Shown here in pieces: positions 1 to 10,130 of a stretch of 62,037 nucleotides of DNA (position 1 is its first letter; the number at the start of each line of letters is the position of its first letter). Position numbers and translations under genes: made by a program. Origin of the DNA: Syntrophomonadaceae bacterium (GTDB taxonomy: Bacteria > Bacillota > Dethiobacteria > DTU022); assembly GCA_003554615.1 (NCBI GenBank), contig PWGX01000006.1, forward strand, positions 1-62,037, in the 5' to 3' direction. The notes beneath the pieces are model-generated. The model worked only from the letters and a program-made list of their open reading frames with translations, made no database searches and was not told the origin of the DNA.

Positions 1-1
1 C

Positions 2-238
2 AGCATCGGACTGGGTTTATCCAACCTGGTCACTTTGCTTAATCCTTCCTGCCTGGTTATCGGCGGAGGTGTGGCGGCTAACAGGGGGGACTTTATGAAC
101 AGGGTGGCTGAGAACATCAGAGAGCAGGCCATCAAGCCGGCTGTGGAAACAACTGCGCTGGAAATAAGGGCGGCTGCCCTTGAACCGGAAGCAGGTATAT
201 GGGGAATCTACAGCCTAATAACCGGTCGGGCGGAATGA
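2..238 (+). CDS. ROK family protein (sugar kinase/repressor), C-terminal part, truncated by window start
   Basis: Open frame from base 2 reads SIGLGLSNLVTLLNPSCLVIGGGV...AGIWG, the typical ROK C-terminal motif (N..N.LNP...viGGGv...AG..GA). Confidence 0.8.
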   Translation, partial: SIGLGLSNLVTLLNPSCLVIGGGVAANRGDFMNRVAENIREQAIKPAVETTALEIRAAALEPEAGIWGIYSLITGRAE

Positions 239-242
239 TAAA

Positions 243-995
243 ATGGAAACTATAGAGTTCTTAGAGCCTTTATATAAAGTTTTAGAATCCTTGATTTACA
301 GGTATGGTTCCCTGGGTATCGGGGTGGCTATGTTTGCCGAGAGCGCAGGCGTGCCCTTTGGTTCGGCGATCGTATTTTTAACCGCGGGGACCATGATTTT
401 ACGCGGTTCATATTCCTTCTGGTCAATTTTTATTTCCTCTACGATCGGTATTACCCTGGGCAGCATATTCAGCTATACTGTCGGGCTGCTCGGCAGCATG
501 CTCGGTAACGTCGTTAAGGGCAAATTTAATCGCGGCCATAACTTCTTCAACCGCCGCAGCCCAGACGCCGGAGCTGGCAGGTACCGCTCAAGAATTTTAT
601 GCTTGTTGGAAAGATACGGCAATTTTTCGATCTTCATGGGCCAGTTGTGGGGGTTCAGCCGCACGTTTATTTCTTTTCCCGCCGGAGCCATGCACATGAA
701 CTTCTTACTGTTTATCGTTTATACATTTCTCGGCGGGGCATTGTTCAGCCTGATGACCATCGGGGCCAGTCTAGTCTTAACCGGAACCATGAGCATTATG
801 CTCAGAACCCTTAAGACCATGTTTGATTTTTCGCCCTGGCTGCTTTTAATCCCAGCCGCCCTGCTGTTAATATTCATTTACTATTACCGCCGCCGGGGCT
901 GGAAAATGAATTTTTCATTGATCACTGACTATTTAAGGATTTATTGGGGCAGGTTAAAAAGAGCAATTAAGTACATTACCAGGAGGAGCTTTTAA
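243..995 (+). CDS. DedA family (VTT domain) membrane protein
   Basis: AMFAESAGVPFGSAIVFLTAG and ERYG..SIF...SRTFISFPAGAMHM motifs, several hydrophobic helices. Confidence 0.85.
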   Translation: METIEFLEPLYKVLESLIYRYGSLGIGVAMFAESAGVPFGSAIVFLTAGTMILRGSYSFWSIFISSTIGITLGSIFSYTVGLLGSMLGNVVKGKFNRGHNFFNRRSPDAGAGRYRSRILCLLERYGNFSIFMGQLWGFSRTFISFPAGAMHMNFLLFIVYTFLGGALFSLMTIGASLVLTGTMSIMLRTLKTMFDFSPWLLLIPAALLLIFIYYYRRRGWKMNFSLITDYLRIYWGRLKRAIKYITRRSF

Positions 996-1052
996 CTGCT
1001 GCTGGTTTGACCGCACAGCACACAAGGTATATTATTAAAAGGGGTATTAATA

Positions 1053-1322
1053 ATGAGCAAAGCAAAATTCAACTTAAAAGTTTACAGTGAACGATGCAAA
1101 GATTGTGGTATATGTTTCGAATTTTGTCCCAAAAACAACCTGAAGCCCGGGAAAGACGGGGCCCCGGAAATGATTGATCCAGAGGCCTGCACCGGCTGCA
1201 AGCTGTGCGAATACCTGTGCCCCGATTTTGCCATCCAGGTCTGGAAAGACGAACCGGAAGAAAAAGAAAAACAGAAGGAAAAGGGGAAAAGCAGCAGAAA
1301 AACATCCCAACATGGAGGTTGA
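1053..1322 (+). CDS. 2x[4Fe-4S] ferredoxin, resembling 2-oxoacid:ferredoxin oxidoreductase delta subunit
   Basis: CKDCGICFEFCP and CTGCKLCEYLCPDFAI (two CxxCxxCxxxCP motifs), Lys-rich tail. Confidence 0.9.
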   Translation: MSKAKFNLKVYSERCKDCGICFEFCPKNNLKPGKDGAPEMIDPEACTGCKLCEYLCPDFAIQVWKDEPEEKEKQKEKGKSSRKTSQHGG

Positions 1323-1325
1323 ATT

Positions 1326-2432
1326 TTGGTCGAAACAATAATCAGAAGCGCTGAAAATATTACCTCCGTTCCTTTTAGCGCTGCCCAACAGTACAGCGAA
1401 AATAAGGAAAAATTGGTTGCTGAAGTTAATCAAACTTTGACTTCCAACCCGGAGATATATGACTTAATCGGTCACAACCCATTATCTGTCCTTTACGATA
1501 ATCACACCAACCATGCCAGCTTTATGAGCAATGTTTTTAAGTTTAACGATTTTCACCTCATGGCCAGGGTAATTCTATGGGTTTACAGGGTTTACAGCAA
1601 CCATAATTTTTCTTACCACTATTTTCCTGTCGCCATGGAAGCCTGGATCAAAGCAATCCGCAATAATCTTGATTCCAATAAAGCGGAACCGATCATCAAT
1701 GTTTACCATTGGATTATAAATAATCACGAACAAATCATTGAGGCATCAAAGGAAATAACTGAACCGCCACAACTCTCCGATGAAAAGTGGCAAAGGATTT
1801 GTGAGTTTTTCCTCTCATCTTTGCTTGAAGGAGACCATAAACAATCACTTAAATTGGCCGATCAATCAATACACTCCACGGCCGATCTGAGCAATTTTTA
1901 CTTGCAGGTAATTCAACCGGCCATGTACAAGATCGGGGCTCTTTGGGAAAAAGGAGAAATATCTGTCGCCAAGGAACATCTGGCCTCAGCCATAGTATCC
2001 AGGGTAATGGCCTCACTTTATTCTCGCTTTATGATGGTTGAACAAGACAAAGGTACGGGAGTAGTTACAGCTGCCCCCAATGAATTCCATGAAATAGGCC
2101 CCAGGATGGTGGCTGATCTGCTTGAAATCAACGGCTGGGATATTGATTACCTCGGAGCCAACACTCCTACTCATGAGTTGGTTGATCTTTTAAAAGGCAA
2201 ACCTCCTTTTTTCCTGGCGATCTCCGTGGGGATGCCTTTTAATATTGATCGCGCCCGAGAAATTATAACCGCAGTAAAAGGAAATCCTTCCCTGAAAGAA
2301 ACCAGGATTATGTTAGGCGGCCACTTCCTCTCGTTGAATCCTCAAATAAAACAGAAGGTGGGAGCCGAAGGCGTAGGTAGCTCAGCCAGGGAAGCGGTCC
2401 TGTTGGCCGAAGAGTGGTGGAGCAATGCTTGA
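1326..2432 (+). CDS. Cobalamin (B12)-binding domain protein with N-terminal helical domain, CarH-type signatures
   Basis: Cap domain WEKGEISVAKEH (W-x9-EH) and Rossmann domain EFHEIG...LGANTP (ExHxxG); TTG start with GGAGG at the end of the ferredoxin gene. Confidence 0.85.
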   Translation: MVETIIRSAENITSVPFSAAQQYSENKEKLVAEVNQTLTSNPEIYDLIGHNPLSVLYDNHTNHASFMSNVFKFNDFHLMARVILWVYRVYSNHNFSYHYFPVAMEAWIKAIRNNLDSNKAEPIINVYHWIINNHEQIIEASKEITEPPQLSDEKWQRICEFFLSSLLEGDHKQSLKLADQSIHSTADLSNFYLQVIQPAMYKIGALWEKGEISVAKEHLASAIVSRVMASLYSRFMMVEQDKGTGVVTAAPNEFHEIGPRMVADLLEINGWDIDYLGANTPTHELVDLLKGKPPFFLAISVGMPFNIDRAREIITAVKGNPSLKETRIMLGGHFLSLNPQIKQKVGAEGVGSSAREAVLLAEEWWSNA

Positions 2433-3369
2433 TATGAATTTTTTTCAAAAGAACTGTTCCGTTTTTCTTGACTACCTGAATTATTCCCGCAGTATCTGCA
2501 TTGTAACCTTCGACAGCGATTTGAACATACTGGATTGCAACTTATTTTTCATGAGCCTCATAGGCCTTGACCAAAAGCCGATTAATAGAAACTTGAAGGA
2601 ATTCTTATCTCTTCAAGACCAGGATTTGTCCTTCGATCCGAAGGAAAACAATGGCCAAACCCTTCGTTTTAACCTTATAAACTCCCGCCGGGAGTTAAGC
2701 GCTATAACCGGGTATGTTTATAATACCAATGGAGTCTATGTTTTGTTTGGTGAAAGAGCATGGATTGCCGATCACGAAATAATCCATGAAATCTCCAAGT
2801 TGAATAACGAGCTTGCCAATATGGCCAGGGAACTGAACAAAAAAAATATCGCCCTTGAAAAGGCCAATGCCACTATCAACGACCTGCTTAAAGTAGATGC
2901 CCTGACCGGTCTTGCCAGTAGGCGTTATTTCCTGGAATATTATCAAAAGATGCATGCCCAGGCTCTCCGACATAACCTGCCCCTGACCCTGGTTATGTCC
3001 GACCTGGATTTATTTAAAACTGTCAATGATAATTACGGACACCAGCTTGGGGATCAGGTCCTGATTGAATTTGGCGGGCTTTTAAAAGAAAACTGCCGGA
3101 AAGAGGATCTGGCTGCCCGTTTTGGTGGCGAAGAGTTTATTACTTTGCTGGTCCATACTGACCTTGATACGGGGACTAAATATGCTGAGAGGATACGCAG
3201 CATGCTGGAAACGATAGAGGTAGGGGCGGAGAAGTTAAAAATCACAGCGAGCTTTGGGGTAGCTGCCCTGAAAAAGGGAGAAGAAATGGATTCATTAATC
3301 AAACGGGCTGACGATGCTTTGTATGAAGCCAAAGAAAAAGGGCGAAACATGGTTAGGCGGTCCCGGTAA
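2425..3369 (+). CDS. Diguanylate cyclase (PAS-like N-terminus, coiled coil, GGDEF domain)
   Basis: DALTGL, DLDLFKTVNDNYGH..GD, RKED I-site and RFGGEEF active site; overlaps the upstream gene by 8 bp. Confidence 0.93.
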   Translation: MLDMNFFQKNCSVFLDYLNYSRSICIVTFDSDLNILDCNLFFMSLIGLDQKPINRNLKEFLSLQDQDLSFDPKENNGQTLRFNLINSRRELSAITGYVYNTNGVYVLFGERAWIADHEIIHEISKLNNELANMARELNKKNIALEKANATINDLLKVDALTGLASRRYFLEYYQKMHAQALRHNLPLTLVMSDLDLFKTVNDNYGHQLGDQVLIEFGGLLKENCRKEDLAARFGGEEFITLLVHTDLDTGTKYAERIRSMLETIEVGAEKLKITASFGVAALKKGEEMDSLIKRADDALYEAKEKGRNMVRRSR

Positions 3370-3385
3370 AGATAGAGTTGTAGTT

Positions 3386-4177
3386 ATGAAAAAACCAACC
3401 TGGTCTAAATGTGCAATAAAAAACAGGGAAGGACAGAATTTGTCAGCCATACTTTGCCGCGGCAGCGAAGCAGGATCCCATTGCTTGGAGACCGAAGGTA
3501 ACCCGGTAATCATAGTCTGTCACGGTTTTACCGGTTCAAAAGAAGGCAGTGGGAGAGCCGTGGCCATGGCCGAAAAACTGGCCCTTTCCGGATTCAGGAC
3601 CCTGTTGTTTGACTTTGCCGGCTGTGGGGAAAGCGAAGGTCGATGGGAAAACATTTCCCTGTCCGGGCAGATTGCCGATCTCGGCGCGGTTGTCAGCTGG
3701 TGCCGCCGGAAGGGATTTGACAAAATAATATTAAACGGTAGAAGTTTTGGCGGAACCACGGTTTTATGTTATGCCGCCAGCGACAAAGAAGTTGATGCCG
3801 TATGCACCTGGGCCGCGGTAGCCAGGCTGCACAACCTGTTCAATAGAAGGGCTGCCGCCAACGAAGCGCTAGAAGGCAGCCCGGAGGAATTGTTAACCCT
3901 GGAAGGCGAAGAAGGTACGGTCACTTTAAAACGAAATTTTTTTTACGATCTAAACAAGCACGACCCCGTCGAAGCAGCAGCCAAGCTGGCGCCGCGCAAC
4001 CTTCTATTAATTCACGGTTCAAATGATCAATCAGTGCCCGTTGAAGATGCTGAACTCCTTTATAAGAGAGCCGGGGAGCCCAAAAAGCTGGTTATTATTG
4101 ACGGGGCCGACCACCGGTTTTCAGAACACCTTGAAGAGGTTTGGGAAACTTGTTTTGACTGGCTGCGCAGCCTTTAG
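3386..4177 (+). CDS. Alpha/beta fold hydrolase
   Basis: HGFTG, GRSFGG nucleophile elbow, HGSNDQSVP and GADHRF (Ser-Asp-His); start placed at the ATG after the DGC stop. Confidence 0.88.
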   Translation: MKKPTWSKCAIKNREGQNLSAILCRGSEAGSHCLETEGNPVIIVCHGFTGSKEGSGRAVAMAEKLALSGFRTLLFDFAGCGESEGRWENISLSGQIADLGAVVSWCRRKGFDKIILNGRSFGGTTVLCYAASDKEVDAVCTWAAVARLHNLFNRRAAANEALEGSPEELLTLEGEEGTVTLKRNFFYDLNKHDPVEAAAKLAPRNLLLIHGSNDQSVPVEDAELLYKRAGEPKKLVIIDGADHRFSEHLEEVWETCFDWLRSL

Positions 4178-4285
4178 CCCCGGCCGGAAACCCGGGGCCA
4201 GTTGTTTTTCGGATTGCCTTTTAATTACACCTCTTTAAACAGGTGTTTTTTTGATATAATGAGGGGAGATAGGAGTGATTAGGAA

Positions 4286-5662
4286 TTGCAGTACCGGCAA
4301 GCTGAAACTTTAAACCAGCCCCCTCGCTTTGGCGAAGGTAGGCAGTATTGGATCAATACTTTTGGTTGCCAGATGAATGAACACGATTCTGAAATCATAG
4401 CCGCCCTGGTGGAAAACCTCGGGTATCGTCCCGCTGCAGCACCGGAAGAGGCGGACCTGGTGATAATAAATACCTGCGCCGTGCGCAAAAAACCTGAAGA
4501 CAAGGTTGCCTCGATGCTGGGAAAATTGTACACCCTGAAAGAAAAACGGGATGATTTGATAATTGCCGTGGGGGGCTGTATGACCCAGCAGGAAGATCTG
4601 GCCAGTTATATTAAAAACCGTTTCAGGCAGGTGGACCTCGTATTTGGCACTCACGCTTTACCCCGCCTGCCCGATTTACTTGACCGGGCCCGCCGGGAAA
4701 AAGAAACCGTGGTCGATATCGAAGAAGATTATTCAGGGCGGGAAAGCCTGCCGGCCACCCGGGCCAGCGCTTTCCACGCCTGGCTCCCTGTTATTTACGG
4801 CTGCAACAACTTTTGCGCCTACTGTGTGGTACCCTTTGTGCGCGGCCGCGAACGCAGCCGCCACTTTGAAGATATAATTTCCGAAGCTTCTGTTCTGGCG
4901 GAAAAAGGGTACCGGGAAATAACCCTGCTCGGCCAGAATGTGAACTCTTACGGTCACGACCTTCCGGAAAAACCATCGTTTGCTTCCCTGCTGGCAGAGC
5001 TGGACCAAATTGAAGACCTGTCCAGGATCCGGTTCATGACCTCTCATCCTAAAGATTTATCGCCGGAGCTGATTGATACCGTGGCCCGGGGCAAAAAGAT
5101 ATGCGAACACTTTCATCTGCCGGCCCAGTCCGGAAGCAACCGGATTCTAAAAAAAATGAACCGCCGCTATACCCGCGAGCAGTACCTGGAATTAGCGCTA
5201 ACAATTAAAGAAACCATCCCGGATGTATCCATCACATCCGATATTATCGTCGGTTTTCCCGGAGAAAAGGAAGAGGATTTTGCCGATACCCTGGACCTGC
5301 TGGAACAGGTCCGGTTTGACAGCGCTTTTGCTTTTATCTATTCGCCCCGCCGGGGTACAAAAGCCGAGCAATTTGGTGATGAAGCTATCTACGAGGAAAA
5401 GGAAAAAAGGCTGCAGGCTTTAAATAAAATCCAGCAGCGAATCAGCCTGGAAGAAAACGAGCGCCTGGTCGGCACTTCCCGGGAAGTGCTGGTTGAAGGG
5501 CCGAGCAAAAACAATCCGGAACTGCAAACCGGCCGGGCCCGGACCAACAAGCTGATCCACTTCCCAGGACCGGAACATTTGACCGGGAAGCTGATCCGGA
5601 TCCGGATTACCGAAGCACGAACCTGGAACCTGTTTGGAGAAGCGGAAGGAGAGCCCTATTGA
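4286..5662 (+). CDS. miaB: tRNA-2-methylthio-N6-dimethylallyladenosine synthase MiaB
   Basis: TFGCQMNEHDSE, NTCAVR, GCNNFCAYCVVP radical SAM motif, C-terminal TRAM domain. Confidence 0.95.
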   Translation: MQYRQAETLNQPPRFGEGRQYWINTFGCQMNEHDSEIIAALVENLGYRPAAAPEEADLVIINTCAVRKKPEDKVASMLGKLYTLKEKRDDLIIAVGGCMTQQEDLASYIKNRFRQVDLVFGTHALPRLPDLLDRARREKETVVDIEEDYSGRESLPATRASAFHAWLPVIYGCNNFCAYCVVPFVRGRERSRHFEDIISEASVLAEKGYREITLLGQNVNSYGHDLPEKPSFASLLAELDQIEDLSRIRFMTSHPKDLSPELIDTVARGKKICEHFHLPAQSGSNRILKKMNRRYTREQYLELALTIKETIPDVSITSDIIVGFPGEKEEDFADTLDLLEQVRFDSAFAFIYSPRRGTKAEQFGDEAIYEEKEKRLQALNKIQQRISLEENERLVGTSREVLVEGPSKNNPELQTGRARTNKLIHFPGPEHLTGKLIRIRITEARTWNLFGEAEGEPY

Positions 5663-8292
5663 ACCGCACCAGCCCGATGATGGAACAATACAAAGTCGTC
5701 AAAGAGCAGCATCCGGACAAACTGCTAATGTTCCAGGTGGGCGATTTTTATGAGCTGTTTTTTGAAGACGCCGAGGTGGCAGCCAGAGAGATGGAAATTG
5801 CCCTTACTTCCAGGGATGCAGGCAGTGAAGATCCGATTCCCCTGGCCGGCGTGCCCATCCATTCCGCCGAAACCTACCTGAACCGGCTGCTTGGCAAAGG
5901 CTATAAAGTAGTTCTGTGCGAACAGGTTGAAGATGCAGGCCAGGCCAAGGGGCTTGTGAAGCGGGAGATAACCCGCATCCTCACACCCGGCACCATCACG
6001 GACCCGGAGATGCTTGAAGAAAGCCGCAATAACTACCTGGTCACCGTGATAGACCGCGGCGGAGACTATTACGGCCTGGCCGCGGTGGACATCTCCACCG
6101 GTGATTTCCAGGTCACTGAGCAAAAAGGAGAAGGGGCCTGGGATAATATTGCCGACGAGCTGTACCGGCTGCAACCTTCCGAACTGCTCTGCGGGTCCCA
6201 GGAAACTGAACAGCTCTGCCGCAGGCTGTTTGCTCTAAAAAACAGCAGCCTCATTGAACAGCTTTCACATACTCCAGGCCTTGAAGAAGCCGAAAAACTG
6301 ATCCGGGAGCAATGGGAGGATCATACCTGGCAGGATCTGGATCTTAACCAGTATCCGCTTGCCGCATCAGCCGGGGCGGCAGCACTGGCTTACCTGCAGA
6401 TACTGCAGCAGCTTCCCGTCGGCGAAAAGCATTTCCGGCGCCTTAATCTATACTTTAACAACCGCAATATGATTATCGATAACGTTACCAGCCGCAACCT
6501 GGAGCTAACCCAATCTTTGCGCGAAGGCGGCAGACAGGGCAGCCTGCTGGGCCTGCTCGACCGCTGTATGACAGCCATGGGCAGACGCCTCTTAAGACGA
6601 TGGATCGAACTGCCCCTGATTCAAAGGAAAATGATTGAAAAAAGACTTGATGCTGTCGAAGAATTGATCCAAAAACCGCTGCAGAGAAAAGACCTGCGCA
6701 AATTACTGCAGGATGTATTTGACCTGGAGCGATTCTGCAGCCGGCTTTCCTACCAGCGTATAAATGCCAGGGACCTGGTTTCACTCAAGGAAACCCTGGC
6801 CCAGATTGAAGCTCTGAAAAAGAAATGCACTGACCTGGAAGCCCCGCTGCTAAAAGAAATCAACACCGGTATCCCGGACTTCAGCGAACCGGCGGCCTTA
6901 ATCGACAGGGCCCTGGTAGAAGACCCGCCTCTCTCCCTGAAAGAAGGGGGCCTGTTTAAAAGCGGATATAACGAAGAAGTGGACCGTTTGAAATCATTTT
7001 CTGAAGAAAGTAACACCCTGCTCCTTGACTTTGAAAAGAAAGAACGGGAGCACACAGGCATAAAGTCCCTGCGAATAGGATACAACCGCAATTTTGGCTA
7101 TTATATCGAAGTTACCAAAACGAACCTCAACCTGGTTCCGCCCGAATACCACCGCAAGCAAACCCTGGTCAATGCAGAACGGTTTACGACCGAAGAGCTG
7201 CAGCGGATGGAAGAACAAATAACCGGGGCCCGTGACAAGCTGGCCCACCTTGAATACACCCTGTTCGAAGAATTGCGGGAAAAAATTGGCACCTATACCG
7301 ATCAACTGCTTTCCGCTTCTCACAATTTGGCCCGGCTGGACTGCCTCCAGGGCCTGGCCGAAGCATCCGAAAGGCACAGTTACTGCAGGCCTGTATTTTC
7401 AAACGGTAAAAAGATGAATGTCCGGCAGGCCCGCCACCCGGTGGTGGAGCAAACGGTTTTTGAGCGATTTGTGCCCAATGATATCCACATGGACAGAAAA
7501 CATTACCTGCTGGTAATTACAGGCCCGAACATGGCCGGCAAAAGCACCTATATCCGCAGTGCCGGCCTGCTGTCGATCATGGCCCAGATGGGCAGTTTTG
7601 TGCCGGCAGATGAGGCCGAACTGCCGGTTTTAGACCGCATTTTTGCCCGGGTCGGGGCCAGTGACGACCTCAGCCGCGGCCAGAGCACTTTCATGGTCGA
7701 AATGCAGGAAACGGCAGCTATCCTGAAAGAAGCGACCCCGGACAGCCTGATCATCCTTGATGAAATCGGCAGGGGAACCAGCACCTACGATGGAATGAGC
7801 ATAGCGCGCAGTGTCCTGGAGTACATCAGCCGGGAAATCAAGGCCAAAACTCTCTTCTCAACCCATTACCATGAACTGACCAACCTGGAAGGAGAACTGC
7901 CCGGGGTTAAAAACTATACCATTGCCGTCAAAGAAAAAGGTAAGGAGGTAATTTTTCTGCGCCGCCTCTTGCCCGGAAAAGCGGATAAAAGCTACGGTAT
8001 TAATGTGGCCCGCCTGGCCGGAGTGCCGCTGGAGGTGCTGATCAGGGCGGAAAAAATACTTTACGAACTGGAAAATGCGGCTTCCACGGCCGGGGACCGG
8101 CAGCTGAGCCTGCTGCCGATGGTTTCAGAGCCGGTGTCCGCTTACAGCCGGGAACTGGATGTAGTGGAGCAGGTTAAAGAACTTGATTTAAACCGGACTA
8201 CACCCCTGGAAGCGCTGCAAAAGCTTTTTGAGATGCAAAAACAGCTCCTGGATTACGAACAGGAGGATTCGGAAAAGGAGCCTGATCAATAA
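5659..8292 (+). CDS. mutS: DNA mismatch repair protein MutS
   Basis: SPMMEQY...FQVGDFYELF, GPNMAGKST, LDEIGRGTST, FSTHYHEL. Confidence 0.97.
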   Translation: MNRTSPMMEQYKVVKEQHPDKLLMFQVGDFYELFFEDAEVAAREMEIALTSRDAGSEDPIPLAGVPIHSAETYLNRLLGKGYKVVLCEQVEDAGQAKGLVKREITRILTPGTITDPEMLEESRNNYLVTVIDRGGDYYGLAAVDISTGDFQVTEQKGEGAWDNIADELYRLQPSELLCGSQETEQLCRRLFALKNSSLIEQLSHTPGLEEAEKLIREQWEDHTWQDLDLNQYPLAASAGAAALAYLQILQQLPVGEKHFRRLNLYFNNRNMIIDNVTSRNLELTQSLREGGRQGSLLGLLDRCMTAMGRRLLRRWIELPLIQRKMIEKRLDAVEELIQKPLQRKDLRKLLQDVFDLERFCSRLSYQRINARDLVSLKETLAQIEALKKKCTDLEAPLLKEINTGIPDFSEPAALIDRALVEDPPLSLKEGGLFKSGYNEEVDRLKSFSEESNTLLLDFEKKEREHTGIKSLRIGYNRNFGYYIEVTKTNLNLVPPEYHRKQTLVNAERFTTEELQRMEEQITGARDKLAHLEYTLFEELREKIGTYTDQLLSASHNLARLDCLQGLAEASERHSYCRPVFSNGKKMNVRQARHPVVEQTVFERFVPNDIHMDRKHYLLVITGPNMAGKSTYIRSAGLLSIMAQMGSFVPADEAELPVLDRIFARVGASDDLSRGQSTFMVEMQETAAILKEATPDSLIILDEIGRGTSTYDGMSIARSVLEYISREIKAKTLFSTHYHELTNLEGELPGVKNYTIAVKEKGKEVIFLRRLLPGKADKSYGINVARLAGVPLEVLIRAEKILYELENAASTAGDRQLSLLPMVSEPVSAYSRELDVVEQVKELDLNRTTPLEALQKLFEMQKQLLDYEQEDSEKEPDQ

Positions 8293-10127
8293 TGTGTATC
8301 AAACTGCTCGACAAAAGTACGGCCGAGCAAATAGCCGCCGGCGAGGTAATTGAAAATCCGGCTTCTGTAGTTAAAGAACTGGTGGAAAATGCCCTGGATG
8401 CAGGAGCCGACAGGATAGATATAGCTATTGAAAACGGCGGCAAGGGTTTGATCAGTGTTACCGACAACGGATCCGGTATCGAAAGAGACGATCTGCCGCT
8501 TGCCTTTAAACGCTTTGCTACAAGCAAAATAGCCAACCTGGAAGATCTGGAAAACCTGGCCAGCCTTGGTTTCCGGGGCGAAGCACTGCCCAGTATTGCT
8601 GCGGTTTCCCGGGTGAAACTAACTTCCAGGACTGAAAAATCCCTCTCTGGAATCCAAATAATGGTAAATGGTGGAGAGGTGGAAGAAGCAGAAGAGGTGG
8701 GCGCTCCATCCGGGACCAGGGTGGAGGTCCGCGATCTCTTTTATAACACTCCGGGCCGCCTCAAGTTTCTTCGGGCCAGTAACGTGGAGACAACCCGGAT
8801 CAGCACTCTGGTCTCTGAAATGGCCCTGACCAACCCGGGAGTGGCTTTTAACCTGAAGAGCGGAGGAAGAACCCTGTTTAGCTCTTCCGGGGACGGGATC
8901 CTGCTCCACGTGATCGGCTCACTCTACGGCAGTGAAACCGCAGAGGCAATGATTGAGCTGGATCGGAAGGATATTAGTACCGGTTGTAGTATAAGCGGAT
9001 TTATATCTGCCCCTCATTTAACCAGGTCTTCCAGGCGCTGGATAACCCTGGTAGTCAACGGGCGTCTGGTCAGGGATCCGATGATTGTCAATGCCCTGGA
9101 GCGGGGATATGAAGATCTCCTGCCCAGGCAGCGCCACCCGGTGGCTATTTTAAAATTGACCGTTTCGCCCGATGCCATCGATGTCAACGTCCACCCGGCC
9201 AAAATTGAAATTCGCTTTCAAAAACCGGAAGTTATAAAGGGGTTGACCTTTAAAGCGGTTAAAATGGCCCTCCAGGGGGCCAGGAAAACTCCCGGCTGGC
9301 CAGAGGAAAAAACTTTTCCCGGTTACAGGCCCCAGGATAGATCTTCACCGCCACCAACAGGCAGGCAGGCTGTATGGAAAACCGAACAACTTTTCAGGCA
9401 GCCCGGCAGCGCTAAGCAAAGCGATTTCAGGCCTTCCACCCCGGGACAGGACGAACAGGCTGAAAAAGCGCCGGCCCGGGAAATCCCCCCGGCCAGATCC
9501 GGGCAAGTGGAGGAGAAAGCTGCAGGCCCTGCCGGTGGGCTTCGCTTAATCGGCCAGTTCATGCAGAGCTACCTGGTGGCCCAGAAAGACGATCAGCTCC
9601 TGCTTATAGATCAGCACGCCGCCCATGAGAGGATCAACTACCATCAGCTAAAAAACCAGGATTATCATTCTTCGGGTACAAACAAATCCCAGCTGACCAT
9701 TCCACTGACCATCGATCTGCCCCCGGCCTGGTGCGAAAGGCTTCCGCTTTTGCTGCCCCTGCTGGAGCAATCGGGCTTTAAACTGGAACCGGCTAATGGT
9801 AACAACTACCAGGTTAGGGCAGTTCCTTTTGCTTTCCGGGAAAATGTTAACCGGGCCGATATATATGACCTGCTGGAAGATTTAATTACAGCCGACAACG
9901 AACCGGAACAAGACCCCCGGGATGCCATTTTGATTACCATAGCCTGCCACAAATCTATTAAAGCCGGTCAGGCCCTGAGCAGAGAGGAAATGGAGCAGCT
10001 GCTGAGACAGTGGGAAAAAACCCCGCAGGCCGGTTACTGTCCCCACGGTCGTCCCACGGTAATCAGTTTTGAACGCAGCGAACTCGACAAAAGTTTCCAC
10101 CGCAGCGGCTGGGGAGGAGGGGATTGA
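8292..10127 (+). CDS. mutL: DNA mismatch repair endonuclease MutL
   Basis: IAAGEVIENPASVVKELVENALDA, GFRGEAL, DQHAAHER, CPHGRP. Confidence 0.97.
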   Translation: MCIKLLDKSTAEQIAAGEVIENPASVVKELVENALDAGADRIDIAIENGGKGLISVTDNGSGIERDDLPLAFKRFATSKIANLEDLENLASLGFRGEALPSIAAVSRVKLTSRTEKSLSGIQIMVNGGEVEEAEEVGAPSGTRVEVRDLFYNTPGRLKFLRASNVETTRISTLVSEMALTNPGVAFNLKSGGRTLFSSSGDGILLHVIGSLYGSETAEAMIELDRKDISTGCSISGFISAPHLTRSSRRWITLVVNGRLVRDPMIVNALERGYEDLLPRQRHPVAILKLTVSPDAIDVNVHPAKIEIRFQKPEVIKGLTFKAVKMALQGARKTPGWPEEKTFPGYRPQDRSSPPPTGRQAVWKTEQLFRQPGSAKQSDFRPSTPGQDEQAEKAPAREIPPARSGQVEEKAAGPAGGLRLIGQFMQSYLVAQKDDQLLLIDQHAAHERINYHQLKNQDYHSSGTNKSQLTIPLTIDLPPAWCERLPLLLPLLEQSGFKLEPANGNNYQVRAVPFAFRENVNRADIYDLLEDLITADNEPEQDPRDAILITIACHKSIKAGQALSREEMEQLLRQWEKTPQAGYCPHGRPTVISFERSELDKSFHRSGWGGGD

Positions 10128-10130
10128 TCC

